Part shown: one piece after another, positions 16,182-25,147 of the stretch
How the letters are laid out: the number at the start of each line of letters is the position of its first letter
How positions within the stretch are numbered: the stretch's first letter is position 1
NCBI GenBank assembly: GCA_964646575.1
Contig: CAZYFT010000004.1
Span: forward strand, 1 to 59,275
Source of the DNA: an uncultured Candidatus Saccharibacteria bacterium
GTDB taxonomy: Bacteria > Patescibacteriota > Saccharimonadia > CAILAD01 > GCA-016700035
Length of the DNA stretch: 59,275 nucleotides
Direction of reading: 5' to 3'
The notes under the pieces: model-generated
The model's input: only the letters and a program-made list of their open reading frames with translations
Database searches by the model: none
Told to the model about the DNA's origin: nothing
Program-made: the position numbers and the translations under genes

Positions 16182-17372
16182 ATGATGACTGTGCTTTCTA
16201 AGTTGCGCTATGTAGCCTTCGCTGCATTGCTCAGCCTTCTGCCATTGGCAGCTCACGCCACGAGCCAGGTGCGCCTTGAATCAAAACTTGGTGTTGCTAA
16301 CGCGAGTGCCGGTGAGAATACGTACAAGCCAAGTACCAGTGCAAAAACCGACGAAACCGTTCAAGTTCAGCTTTGGTACCACAACATGGAAAATGCCGAT
16401 AGCGGCAAAGTAGCCAATAATGTAAAAGCAAAACTTCAGTTGCCAACCGCAGCTGGAAAAACCCAGAAAATCAACGGTACAATCTCTGCAGACAATGCCA
16501 ACACGGTAAACTCAAGCGCAAATGTAAACCTTGCACTTGATAACAGCCGTCTCGAGTATGTTCCAGGAACTGCAGTTTGGCGCCACAACAAGGGCACCAA
16601 CGAGCAGCCTAACTGGGTAACTGACACACTTACCGCAGCTCAGGAGCAACAGCTTTTGACTACGGGTGTAGTACTCGAAAATGGTAAGCCATGCTTCAAC
16701 TTCGAAGCTAGCGTATCTGTAAAATTGCGTGTTAAGACCGATATGGTTTCTATAACCAAACAAGTTCGTGTTCTTGGTGAAAAAGAATGGAAGAGTGAAA
16801 ACACTGCAAAAGCTGGTGACACACTTGAATACCTCATCACCTTTAAGAACGAAGGAAATACTGTTTTGAAGGATCTTGCAATTGCTGACAACATGCCAGC
16901 TTCTGTAACCTACGTAAACGGTACTACTCAACTTAAAAACATGAACAACCCGAACGGCATTAAGATTACCTCTGATAAAGTCACAAGTGGCGGAATCAAT
17001 GTAGGTAGTTATGCCCCAGGTTCTGTTGGTTATGTATGGTTCCAAGCGAAGATTGATCCTAATCTTAAGCCTGGCTCATATACCATGAAGAACGTTGCTG
17101 GCGTAAAAGCTGGTAACATCATGCGTGAAAACTATGCAGTCACTAAGGTTACAGTTGCAGGTAAGCCCACGCCTACCCCAACCACACCTCCTGTATCTCC
17201 AACTCCAACTCCTACCACTCCGGTAACTCCTGAGCAGCCAACCCTGCCTCAGACTGGTATCGAAACTGGTGTTGCTGGTCTGTTGGGAACCGGTGGTCTC
17301 ACCTACGCTGGTTATTTCTACCGAAAGAGCCGCAAAGGTTTGAGCGCTGCGTTGAAAAACGTTGTAAAGTAA
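16182..17372 (+). CDS. Sortase-anchored (LPXTG-type) cell-surface protein with repeated beta-rich domains
   Basis: AAAGGAG SD before ATG 16182 and signal peptide MMTVLSKLRYVAFAALLSLLPLAAHA. The C-terminal sorting signal is LPQTG (nt 17244-17258), a hydrophobic stretch and a basic tail (RKSRKG), with a PT-rich stalk before it. Confidence 0.85.
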   Translation: MMTVLSKLRYVAFAALLSLLPLAAHATSQVRLESKLGVANASAGENTYKPSTSAKTDETVQVQLWYHNMENADSGKVANNVKAKLQLPTAAGKTQKINGTISADNANTVNSSANVNLALDNSRLEYVPGTAVWRHNKGTNEQPNWVTDTLTAAQEQQLLTTGVVLENGKPCFNFEASVSVKLRVKTDMVSITKQVRVLGEKEWKSENTAKAGDTLEYLITFKNEGNTVLKDLAIADNMPASVTYVNGTTQLKNMNNPNGIKITSDKVTSGGINVGSYAPGSVGYVWFQAKIDPNLKPGSYTMKNVAGVKAGNIMRENYAVTKVTVAGKPTPTPTTPPVSPTPTPTTPVTPEQPTLPQTGIETGVAGLLGTGGLTYAGYFYRKSRKGLSAALKNVVK

Positions 17373-17462
17373 CATCCTGCAGTTTGTAGGTATACGCCAA
17401 GCTCCCTCGAAGTGAAATTTTCACTGACGGGGAGTTTTGGTTTATATGGTGCTAGAAACAGG

Positions 17463-17468
17463 TATAAT
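17463..17468 (+). promoter_or_regulatory. -10 box TATAAT 9 nt upstream of the prfB ATG (very short or no leader)
   Basis: TATAAT at 17463-17468, ATG at 17478, no SD in between. Confidence 0.4.
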
Positions 17469-17477
17469 ACTACCGAT

Positions 17478-18572
17478 ATGAAACCAATTATTGATCGACT
17501 CACTAAGCTGTTAGATGAAGTGCAAGGTGCAATTCATCAGCTTAATCTAGAAAGTGAAGAAAAGGTGCTTGCTGAGCTCGAAGCTCGCATGAATGCGCCT
17601 GATTTTTGGTCTGATCAAGGCGAAGCTCAAAAGGTCAGTCAAGAAGCTGCTCTGCTACGCAAGTTTATCGAGAGCTGGCAAACGATGGAAGAGTCGATTA
17701 AGACAATGCTCGAGCTCGCAGAAATGTCGGATGAGTCCTTATTAGATGCCATGGAGGAGTCTACGGCAAGCATCGAAGAGTCAGTACGCCAGATGATGAT
17801 TACCGTAAAGCTGGCGGGTGATTATGATAAAAACACGGCAATTGTGCAAATTTCGGCTGGTGCTGGCGGCACCGATGCTCAAGATTGGGCGGAAATGCTC
17901 CTAACTATGTACACCAAAGCCGCAGAAAAACTTGAGTTAACTGCTAAATTGATTGATATTTCTCGCGGCGAGGAAGCTGGCATAAAATCTGCCACGCTGG
18001 AAATTGAAGGTCCGTTTGCCTTTGGAAAGCTGAAAAGCGAAAAGGGTGTCCATCGTTTAGTGAGGCTTTCACCTTTTAATAGCGATAGCTTGCGCCAAAC
18101 CAGTTTTGCGCTGGTTGATGTAATTCCGGAAATTCCGATGGAGCAGATAGAGCTCGATGAAAAAGACTTACGCATTGATGTGTTTCGAGCTGGTGGGCAT
18201 GGTGGCCAGAGCGTAAATACCACCGATTCGGCGGTGCGCATCACTCACATTCCAACCGGCATTGTGGTTTCAATTCAAAATGAACGTTCGCAGCTCAAGA
18301 ATAAAAATAAAGCCCTGTCGATTTTGGCGGCAAAGCTTGCTGAATTGGCGCGTGAGCAGCATTTAGATTCTGTGGCCGAGTTGCGTGGGAAAGTCCAGTC
18401 AGCCGACTGGGGTCAGCAAATTCGTAGCTATGTATTGCATCCGTACAAAAAAGTAAAAGATCATCGCACAGATTATGAAACTAGCGACACAGATGCGGTT
18501 CTGGGTGGTGAAATCGAGCCATTTATCGAAGCCTATTTGACTCAGAACCTATCTGATGAACAGAAAAATTAG
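17478..18572 (+). CDS. prfB: Peptide chain release factor 2, encoded in a single frame
   Basis: SPF tripeptide (RLSPFNS) and GGQ motif (GGHGGQSVNTTDSAVRITHIPTG). The ORF is continuous from ATG 17478, with no internal in-frame TGA or +1 shift site. Confidence 0.93.
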   Translation: MKPIIDRLTKLLDEVQGAIHQLNLESEEKVLAELEARMNAPDFWSDQGEAQKVSQEAALLRKFIESWQTMEESIKTMLELAEMSDESLLDAMEESTASIEESVRQMMITVKLAGDYDKNTAIVQISAGAGGTDAQDWAEMLLTMYTKAAEKLELTAKLIDISRGEEAGIKSATLEIEGPFAFGKLKSEKGVHRLVRLSPFNSDSLRQTSFALVDVIPEIPMEQIELDEKDLRIDVFRAGGHGGQSVNTTDSAVRITHIPTGIVVSIQNERSQLKNKNKALSILAAKLAELAREQHLDSVAELRGKVQSADWGQQIRSYVLHPYKKVKDHRTDYETSDTDAVLGGEIEPFIEAYLTQNLSDEQKN

Positions 18573-19822
18573 TTAATGCGCTGTAGTTGGGCGCCGAGAG
18601 CCTGCAGGCGCTCCTCAATACGTTCATAGCCGCGGTCGATGTGTTCGATGCGGTCAATCGTAGTTTTGCCCTGCGCGATAAGGGCGGCAATGAGTATGGT
18701 GGCGCCCGCGCGGATGTCGAAACTGACCAGATCCGCCCCAGCGAGTGGTGTTGGGCCGGTGATGAGGCCTGTGTGGGTGTCGCGGATGGCTACAGCTGCT
18801 CCCATGCGCTGCAGCTCAAAGAGATATTGCAGACGGCCTTCGTAGAGAGTTTCGAAAATTTCTGAGGTACCAGCACACTGAGTTAGCAGGACAGCCAAAG
18901 GGGCCTGCAAGTCACTCGGGAAGTTTGGGTATGGCTGGGTGCGTACATTGACGGCCTGGTAGTCGCCGCCGGGCAGAATATGGATTGTTTTGGAGTTTGG
19001 CAGTTGATATTGTACGCCGATTTGATCGAATAGCGTGAGAAGTACGTCGTGTTCATCACGAATAAAATCATGAATAATTACATCGCCGCGCGAGGCTGCC
19101 GCCGCAATCGCAATGGTGCCGCTCTCTAGCTGGTCGGGCGGTACTCGAAAAAGTGTACCATTGAGTATTTCGACGCCATGAATGGTGAGGTTGTGGGTGC
19201 CAACGCCCTCGATTTTAGCGCCCATTTGTTGCAACATCAGGCAGAGGTCAACTACATGAGGCTCGAGTGCTACCATCCTCAGTTCGGTTGTGCCGGTAGC
19301 AAGGACGGCCGCCATAATTGCGTTTTCGGCACCAGTTACGGTTAGCTCACCGAGTACCACGCGTCCGCCCTGGGGTTTGCCGGATACAGTAATGTGGCCT
19401 TGCTCGCGAATAACTGATAGCCCCATCGCCTGAAAAGCTTTGAGGTGTGATGCAAGTGGGCGAGCGCCAATGATGTCGCCGCCAGGTTGAGCTGCCGTGA
19501 TACTACCAAGTCGGCCAACTGCCGCTCCCAAAATAAGCACCGAAGCGCGCATTTTTGCTGTGAGCTCGTCGGGAATTGTAGCGGTAGTTAGATTGCCTGC
19601 CTCAACCGTAACAGTATGGCCTTCGCGCCAGATTTTCGCCCCAAGTGAGGCCAAGATTTCTAGCATTACGTCAACGTCTGAAATGCGCGGCACATTTTCG
19701 AGCGTTACTTTTTCTTTAGTTAAGAGGCAAGCAGCCAGCATTGGTAGCACGGCGTTTTTAGAGCCAGCAGTGAACCATTCGCCTTGCAGGCGGGTTGGGC
19801 CAGTAATTACAAGCTTTGTCAT
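18569..19822 (-). CDS. murA: UDP-N-acetylglucosamine 1-carboxyvinyltransferase MurA (active-site Asp variant)
   Basis: 417 aa from ATG at 19822: MTKLVITGPTRLQGEWFTAGSKNAVLPMLAA. The active-site loop is QPGGDIIGARP, where E. coli has PGGCAIGARP. The track ORF extends spuriously to 20029. Confidence 0.93.
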   Translation of the reverse strand: MTKLVITGPTRLQGEWFTAGSKNAVLPMLAACLLTKEKVTLENVPRISDVDVMLEILASLGAKIWREGHTVTVEAGNLTTATIPDELTAKMRASVLILGAAVGRLGSITAAQPGGDIIGARPLASHLKAFQAMGLSVIREQGHITVSGKPQGGRVVLGELTVTGAENAIMAAVLATGTTELRMVALEPHVVDLCLMLQQMGAKIEGVGTHNLTIHGVEILNGTLFRVPPDQLESGTIAIAAAASRGDVIIHDFIRDEHDVLLTLFDQIGVQYQLPNSKTIHILPGGDYQAVNVRTQPYPNFPSDLQAPLAVLLTQCAGTSEIFETLYEGRLQYLFELQRMGAAVAIRDTHTGLITGPTPLAGADLVSFDIRAGATILIAALIAQGKTTIDRIEHIDRGYERIEERLQALGAQLQRIN

Positions 19823-19889
19823 ACTGCTTATTGTAGCAGGCTTTATTTGCACCATGCAGTCGTGCACAAGCTCAAGCGCATATGCTAAA

Positions 19890-20582
19890 ATGAATGCATA
19901 CGTGATTTTACTTGATCGAGTTTCAGTGATGTATCCAAATAAGACGGTCGCTTTGTCGGGCGTCAGTTTGCATATACAGCCAAAAGAGTTTGTAACAGTG
20001 GTGGGTTCATCTGGTGCTGGTAAGTCCACACTTATTCGTCTTCTTATTAAAGAGGAGGTTCCGACGAGCGGAAAAATTATTGTTGGATCGATTGACTACG
20101 ACACGATTGGTAAAACCAGTATTCCTCACTTGCGTCGCCGTATCGGCGTGGTTTTTCAGGATTTTAAGCTGCTGCCTAATCTTACAGTGTATGAGAATGT
20201 AGCTTTTGCGCTCGAAGCCAGCGGGGTTCGCACCTCAGAAATTAAGCGCGCGGTGCCAAAAATTTTGCAGTTGGTTGGTTTGGCAGAAAAGGCCAATAAC
20301 TATCCTAAAGAAATCTCTGGCGGCGAAAAACAGCGCGTGGCCATTGCGCGGGCCTTGGTGCGAAATCCAAAAATTCTGATTGCCGATGAGCCGACCGGTA
20401 ACTTAGACCCGAAAAATTCATGGGACATTATTGAGCTGCTTTTGAAGATTAACAAGTTTGGTACAACTGTGCTTCTGACCACCCACAATAAAGAAATTGT
20501 GAATGCTCTGAAGCGTCGTGTAATTACGATTCAGAATGGGCGTATTTTGAAAGACGAAAAAGTAGGACGTTACGTTCTATAA
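19890..20582 (+). CDS. ftsE: Cell-division ABC ATPase FtsE
   Basis: Walker A GSSGAGKST, signature ISGGEKQRVAIARAL and Walker B ILIADEPTGNLD. The start is ATG 19890 (GTG 19902 also possible). The first 131 codons of the track ORF are antisense to murA. Confidence 0.92.
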   Translation: MNAYVILLDRVSVMYPNKTVALSGVSLHIQPKEFVTVVGSSGAGKSTLIRLLIKEEVPTSGKIIVGSIDYDTIGKTSIPHLRRRIGVVFQDFKLLPNLTVYENVAFALEASGVRTSEIKRAVPKILQLVGLAEKANNYPKEISGGEKQRVAIARALVRNPKILIADEPTGNLDPKNSWDIIELLLKINKFGTTVLLTTHNKEIVNALKRRVITIQNGRILKDEKVGRYVL

Positions 20583-20610
20583 CGGATTGGATTAGGAGGG
20601 TAAGACGATA

Positions 20611-21522
20611 ATGATTACGCTGTGGCGCATGTTTAAGACTGGTTTTCGGAACTTGTTCCGGAACGCATGGCTTTCGATAGCAGCTACCGCAATTATGGTA
20701 GTCACCTTGGTGATTGTAGCGTTCTTTGCCTTCTCTGCACTCTTCTTGCAGAACCAGTTGGCGGCAGTTCGAGAGAAAATTGACCTCACGGTCTTCTTAA
20801 AAGATGAAGCTACGCCAGACCAGGTAAAGCAGCTGCAGGCTAACATTCAGACGTTTGATAACGTAGCCGAGGTGCGCTACGTATCTAAGACTGATGCCTT
20901 GGAGCGATTGCGTACTAGCTCAAAAGATGGTGAGCAGCTTGCCAAGACCGCTACAGAGATCGGCAATCCATTACCGGCATCACTAGAGGTGCGCACTGAA
21001 ACGCTTGAGAACCTTGATTCACTCAACAGTCAGATTAAGGATGATAGTGGGGCGATAATTGTAGCGAGTACGAGTAATGATGACAGTGACGTTCGGCGTA
21101 AAGTTGTTGATCGCATTGTGTCGATTTCTAGCGGTGTTTCAAAGGTGGGTACGGTGATTTCTGTCGCCTTCCTCTTAATTAGCTTGATGATTATCTTTAA
21201 TACTATCCGCATGGCAATCTTTACGCGCCGTGAGGAAATCGAGATTATGAAGCTGGTTGGAGCTACTAACTGGTATATTCGTGGCCCGTTTCTTATTGAA
21301 GGTGCGATGTATGGCATTATTGGCGCGACAATTGCTATGGCAATTACCTTACCTTTGATAAATGTGGCCCGGCCGCTCTTTACGAGTTATTTCAACGCCA
21401 GCGATGTTGTGACTTTTGTGACTGATCGTATTTTTTTGGTGACGCTTGCGATGTATACTTTGGGAATTGTCATTGGCACACTTTCGAGCTTTCTTGCGAT
21501 CTCTCGTCATTTGAAGCTTTAG
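20611..21522 (+). CDS. ftsX: Cell-division permease-like protein FtsX
   Basis: 303 aa with an AGGAGGG SD. It has TM1, a large extracytoplasmic loop and three C-terminal TMs, and lies immediately downstream of ftsE. Confidence 0.88.
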   Translation: MITLWRMFKTGFRNLFRNAWLSIAATAIMVVTLVIVAFFAFSALFLQNQLAAVREKIDLTVFLKDEATPDQVKQLQANIQTFDNVAEVRYVSKTDALERLRTSSKDGEQLAKTATEIGNPLPASLEVRTETLENLDSLNSQIKDDSGAIIVASTSNDDSDVRRKVVDRIVSISSGVSKVGTVISVAFLLISLMIIFNTIRMAIFTRREEIEIMKLVGATNWYIRGPFLIEGAMYGIIGATIAMAITLPLINVARPLFTSYFNASDVVTFVTDRIFLVTLAMYTLGIVIGTLSSFLAISRHLKL

Positions 21523-21595
21523 CATATTCTGTGATAGACTAACGGTAATGCTTACTGCTTCAAAATACAGATGGGGGTAGAAGCAAAAAAGGAGG

Positions 21596-22711
21596 GTGAT
21601 GATCTTGATTCGACACCAAAATACTACAAAAAAACACCAACGATTCACTAGAATACTGGTTGTTCTAGCGGTTATTGGTGTGCTTGGCGTCTTGGCGCCG
21701 ACTGCTTTTGCGGTTGATTATGATGCACAAATTAATGCGTTGCGTAATCAGATTAATCAGAACAAGAACTCTGCCAATCAAAAGCGCGCTGAAGGAGATA
21801 CTTTGCAAGCTAAGGTTGCGGCCCTCAACGCCGAAATCTCTGCTGCGCAGAGTGCTCTCAATCTAACTCGTACCGAAATTACAAAGACCACTGAAGAGCT
21901 GGATCGCCAGAATGCCGAACTTGCCAAACAGGTAGATAACCTCAAGCAAAATCTCAAGACCATGTATAAAGATCGTGATGTTACGCCGATTGAGGTTTTG
22001 GCATCGAGCGAAAATCTCTCAGATTTTGTTGGTAAGCAACAATATATGGATGACTTGAAGGATAAGATTGAGTCGAATATTTCTGAAATCAATCGGCTCA
22101 AAGCAGAGCTTGAACAGAAGAAAACTACTTTGACCGAAAAAGCTGCAGATGAGAAGGCTCAAGTAGCTAATATCGCCGCTAAGCGATCCGAGCAGCAAGC
22201 TCTCTTAACTCAGACGCGGGGTGAAGAAGCCGCCTATCAGGGGATTGTTAAGCAGAACGAGTCACAACTTGCCGCTGTATTCGCAGCACGTGCTGAAGAA
22301 ATTCGACGTAATGCTGCAGCTGGTGGAAGCTTTAGGGCTGGTGGTCAGTGTGGTGGCGGTTATCCGGATGTTTGGTGTAGGGCCGCGCAAGATAGTTTGG
22401 TTGATGACTATGGATATTACAATCGAGAATGTGTCAGCTACGCTGCTTGGAAACGTGCTAGTATTGGGCGCATGGTGCCGCGCTACTGGGGGAATGCTAA
22501 TCAGTGGTGGCCTCGAGGCAGCGCTAGTGCAACCCCTGCATATGGGGATATTGTAGCTTGGCCGGATGGCCCGTGGGGACACGTGGCAATTGTTGAGTCA
22601 AATAACGGTAACTCGATTACGGTGAGTGAGTATAACTACAGTCCACGCGGCGGCTACTCTGTACGAACTATACCGATGAGCCAGTTGGGGAATGCCAGGT
22701 TTATTAAATAG
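21596..22711 (+). CDS. PcsB-like peptidoglycan hydrolase: signal peptide, long coiled coil, C-terminal CHAP domain (paralog 1)
   Basis: CHAP Cys (YYNRECVSYAAWKRAS) and His (WGHVAIVES), with a heptad-rich N-half. The start could be GTG 21596, ATG 21599 or TTG 21605, just after GGAGGG. Confidence 0.85.
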   Translation: MMILIRHQNTTKKHQRFTRILVVLAVIGVLGVLAPTAFAVDYDAQINALRNQINQNKNSANQKRAEGDTLQAKVAALNAEISAAQSALNLTRTEITKTTEELDRQNAELAKQVDNLKQNLKTMYKDRDVTPIEVLASSENLSDFVGKQQYMDDLKDKIESNISEINRLKAELEQKKTTLTEKAADEKAQVANIAAKRSEQQALLTQTRGEEAAYQGIVKQNESQLAAVFAARAEEIRRNAAAGGSFRAGGQCGGGYPDVWCRAAQDSLVDDYGYYNRECVSYAAWKRASIGRMVPRYWGNANQWWPRGSASATPAYGDIVAWPDGPWGHVAIVESNNGNSITVSEYNYSPRGGYSVRTIPMSQLGNARFIK

Positions 22712-22731
22712 TCACCAGTAATTTCTAAAAA

Positions 22732-23859
22732 ATGGCTACCAAAAATAAAAAAACTGCAGGAAATGCTTTTCGAATCACATTCGCTGGGCTTTTCCTGTTT
22801 GTTTTTGTAGTTTCGGTCTCGGTGTGGTATCAGGCTCGTCCGGCGCATGCAGATGACTTGCAGCCGCTCATAGATGCAGTAACGAAGCAAATCCAGGATA
22901 ACCAAGCGGTTGTAAATCAAAAACAAGCCGAAGGTGATACGCTGCAAAATCGATTAACGGCTATTCAGGCGGAGTTATCGGCGGCGCGGTCAAACCTTGA
23001 ACTTACACGTTTGCGCATTGAGCAGACCAAGCTTGATCGAAAAAATACGGAGGCCGACCTTAAAAAAAATACAGAGCTGTTGCGTCAGAATATTGCTGCC
23101 GCCTATAAGCAGGGCGATGTTACGCCAATGGAGGTGTTTGCTTCCAGTGAGAACTTGTCCGACTTTGTTGGGCGGCAAGAATACTACGACTCTCTGCGCA
23201 ATAAGATTATGGATAATGTGGACAGCATAAAGAATGCTAAAAAACAGCTCGAAGAATTTTCTCGACAGCTGCGCATAAAAGAAGAACAAGAAGGATTAGA
23301 AGAAAAAGCCATTGCTGCTAAGGAGGCTGAACAGGCCGAACTTCTGGCAAAAACTCGGGGTGACGAAGCTGCCTATCGGGCTCTTGTCGAGATTGATACC
23401 ATGCGACTCGAGACATTGCGGGCTCAACAGACAGCTGCGATTGCCGCACAAAGCTTAGGTCGCGATTTTACGATGGCTACTGATTACCCTTGGGCGGCAG
23501 TGGAGCCATTTCCGAGTCGTGGCGTAGATCCATGGGGTTTTTATTATCGTCAGTGCACGAGCTATGCTGCCTGGAAGCGTGCAAGCATCGGCCGACCGCT
23601 ACCTGCTTGGGGATTTTTAGGGCCAGCGAATGCGAAACAGTGGCCAGATTGGGCCGGGAAGTTTGGTATGCGCGTTGATACCACTCCAGAAGTGGGGGCT
23701 GCAGCAGTCTATCCAGTTGGTGAGTATGGGCATGTCATGATTGTTGAGGGGATTGTCTCGAACGGTGCACAGGTGTTGGTTTCTGAATTTAACGCCGATT
23801 GGGGTGGTCGGTATTCTCAATCCGTTTGGCCGGTGAGTTCGCTGGTGTTTATACATTAG
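22732..23859 (+). CDS. PcsB-like peptidoglycan hydrolase: coiled coil plus CHAP domain (paralog 2)
   Basis: CHAP Cys (FYYRQCTSYAAWKRAS) and His (YGHVMIVEG). It shares blocks with paralog 1 (VTP(I/M)EV(L/F)ASSENLSDFVG). Confidence 0.85.
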   Translation: MATKNKKTAGNAFRITFAGLFLFVFVVSVSVWYQARPAHADDLQPLIDAVTKQIQDNQAVVNQKQAEGDTLQNRLTAIQAELSAARSNLELTRLRIEQTKLDRKNTEADLKKNTELLRQNIAAAYKQGDVTPMEVFASSENLSDFVGRQEYYDSLRNKIMDNVDSIKNAKKQLEEFSRQLRIKEEQEGLEEKAIAAKEAEQAELLAKTRGDEAAYRALVEIDTMRLETLRAQQTAAIAAQSLGRDFTMATDYPWAAVEPFPSRGVDPWGFYYRQCTSYAAWKRASIGRPLPAWGFLGPANAKQWPDWAGKFGMRVDTTPEVGAAAVYPVGEYGHVMIVEGIVSNGAQVLVSEFNADWGGRYSQSVWPVSSLVFIH

Positions 23860-23901
23860 CCCTAGCAGATTCTGAGTTGGCTCTGTACAATAGAGAAAAG
23901 C

Positions 23902-25098
23902 ATGGGTGAAAAAGATACACAATCACCGGTTAAGAAACCTGGTGTAAGTTTAACGAGACTGCAGATAGCTGGCTGGGTTGCAGCGCTTGTTGTCATTGGC
24001 GGTGTAATAGGTGTATTTGGCTATAAGGCAGTCGTTACTCGCACTAATACAGCGGCAGCTACTTCGGAGCAGTTTCGTGAAATTCGGTCTATCCTGGAGT
24101 CGAGTTTTAACGGTGACCTAAACGATGAGAAGCAAGCTGAAGGGGCACTACGCGGGTATGTTGCGAGTCTTGGTGATCCGTATACGGTTTACCTTAACGC
24201 GAGTGAGGCAGAGGAGCTCTCTAATGATTTAGCTGGTCAACTCTCGGGAATTGGCGTTGAAGTTGGCCTCAAGAATGATCGATTAACGGTTATCGCCCCA
24301 ATCGATGAAACTCCAGCTGCGAAAGCAGGCATTCGCGCTGGTGATGTTATTGCGACAATAGATGGACAGAGCACCAGCGAGTTAAGTCTTGATGAGGCCG
24401 TCAAAAAAATCCGTGGCGAAAAAGGTACAGAGGTAAAGCTGACTGTAGTGCGTGAGGGCGAAGAGCCAAAAGAGCTTGCGATAACTCGCGATCAAATTCA
24501 GGTTTCTAGCGTCAAGTATGAGGTAAAAGATGGGGGTGTGGGCTACATTCGCGTGCGTCGTTTTGGCGACGATACAGATACGGCTATTCGTAATGCGGCA
24601 GCTGACTTAGCTAAGCAAGGGATTACTAAAATTGTGCTCGATCTTCGTGATAATCCCGGCGGATATCTCAATAGTGCAGTTACTGTCTCTTCTGAATTTT
24701 TGGCTGATGGCGTAGTTGTGGAGGAGCGTGGCCGTCATATGGAATCTAAGCAGCTGGTAGCAAATCCGGGCGGTAACTTAACGAATGCCAAGCTTGTGAT
24801 TCTCATTAATGAAGGATCTGCCTCGGCTTCTGAAATAACGGCTGGTGCGTTGAAGGATAACGGCCGTGCAATCTTGGTTGGTGAGAAGACGTACGGAAAA
24901 GGCAGCGTCCAAGAAGTTAAACAGCTTTCGAATGGCGCCCAGTTGAAGGTAACCGTAGCTGGTTGGTTTACACCTAAGGGTGTGAATATTTCCAAAGAAG
25001 GTATTAAGCCCGATGTTGAGGTAAAACTCACGCCTGAGGATTCGAATGCCGGTCGAGACCCGCAGCTTGAGAAGGCTCTCGAAGCTGTGCGTCAATAG
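23902..25098 (+). CDS. Carboxy-terminal processing protease (S41 family) with PDZ domain
   Basis: 398 aa with an N-terminal TM, a PDZ-like segment (GIGVEVG...AGIRAGDVIATIDG), catalytic Ser (NEGSASASEI) and Lys (TYGKGSVQ). Confidence 0.9.
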   Translation: MGEKDTQSPVKKPGVSLTRLQIAGWVAALVVIGGVIGVFGYKAVVTRTNTAAATSEQFREIRSILESSFNGDLNDEKQAEGALRGYVASLGDPYTVYLNASEAEELSNDLAGQLSGIGVEVGLKNDRLTVIAPIDETPAAKAGIRAGDVIATIDGQSTSELSLDEAVKKIRGEKGTEVKLTVVREGEEPKELAITRDQIQVSSVKYEVKDGGVGYIRVRRFGDDTDTAIRNAAADLAKQGITKIVLDLRDNPGGYLNSAVTVSSEFLADGVVVEERGRHMESKQLVANPGGNLTNAKLVILINEGSASASEITAGALKDNGRAILVGEKTYGKGSVQEVKQLSNGAQLKVTVAGWFTPKGVNISKEGIKPDVEVKLTPEDSNAGRDPQLEKALEAVRQ

Positions 25099-25147
25099 CT
25101 CTTGTGCTTAGGGGGTAAGCCAGCTACACTGGTAAAAACGGAGGGGA

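Noticed and set aside
16512-17045. A 177-aa minus-strand ORF inside the LPXTG gene.
   Set aside because: It is antisense to a gene with a signal peptide, an SD and a sorting signal, and it has no independent support.
17412-17477. An upstream in-frame extension of prfB, and the possibility of a programmed +1 frameshift.
   Set aside because: The extension contains the -10 box and lacks RF2 similarity. No CUU-UGA-type shift site exists, and the RF2 frame is continuous from 17478.
19497-19889. The N-terminal 131 codons of the track ORF 19497-20582, and the murA extension to 20029.
   Set aside because: Each extension is antisense to the other gene. Canonical N-termini (MTKLVITG for MurA and the MNAYVILLDRVSV region for FtsE) start at 19822 and 19890.
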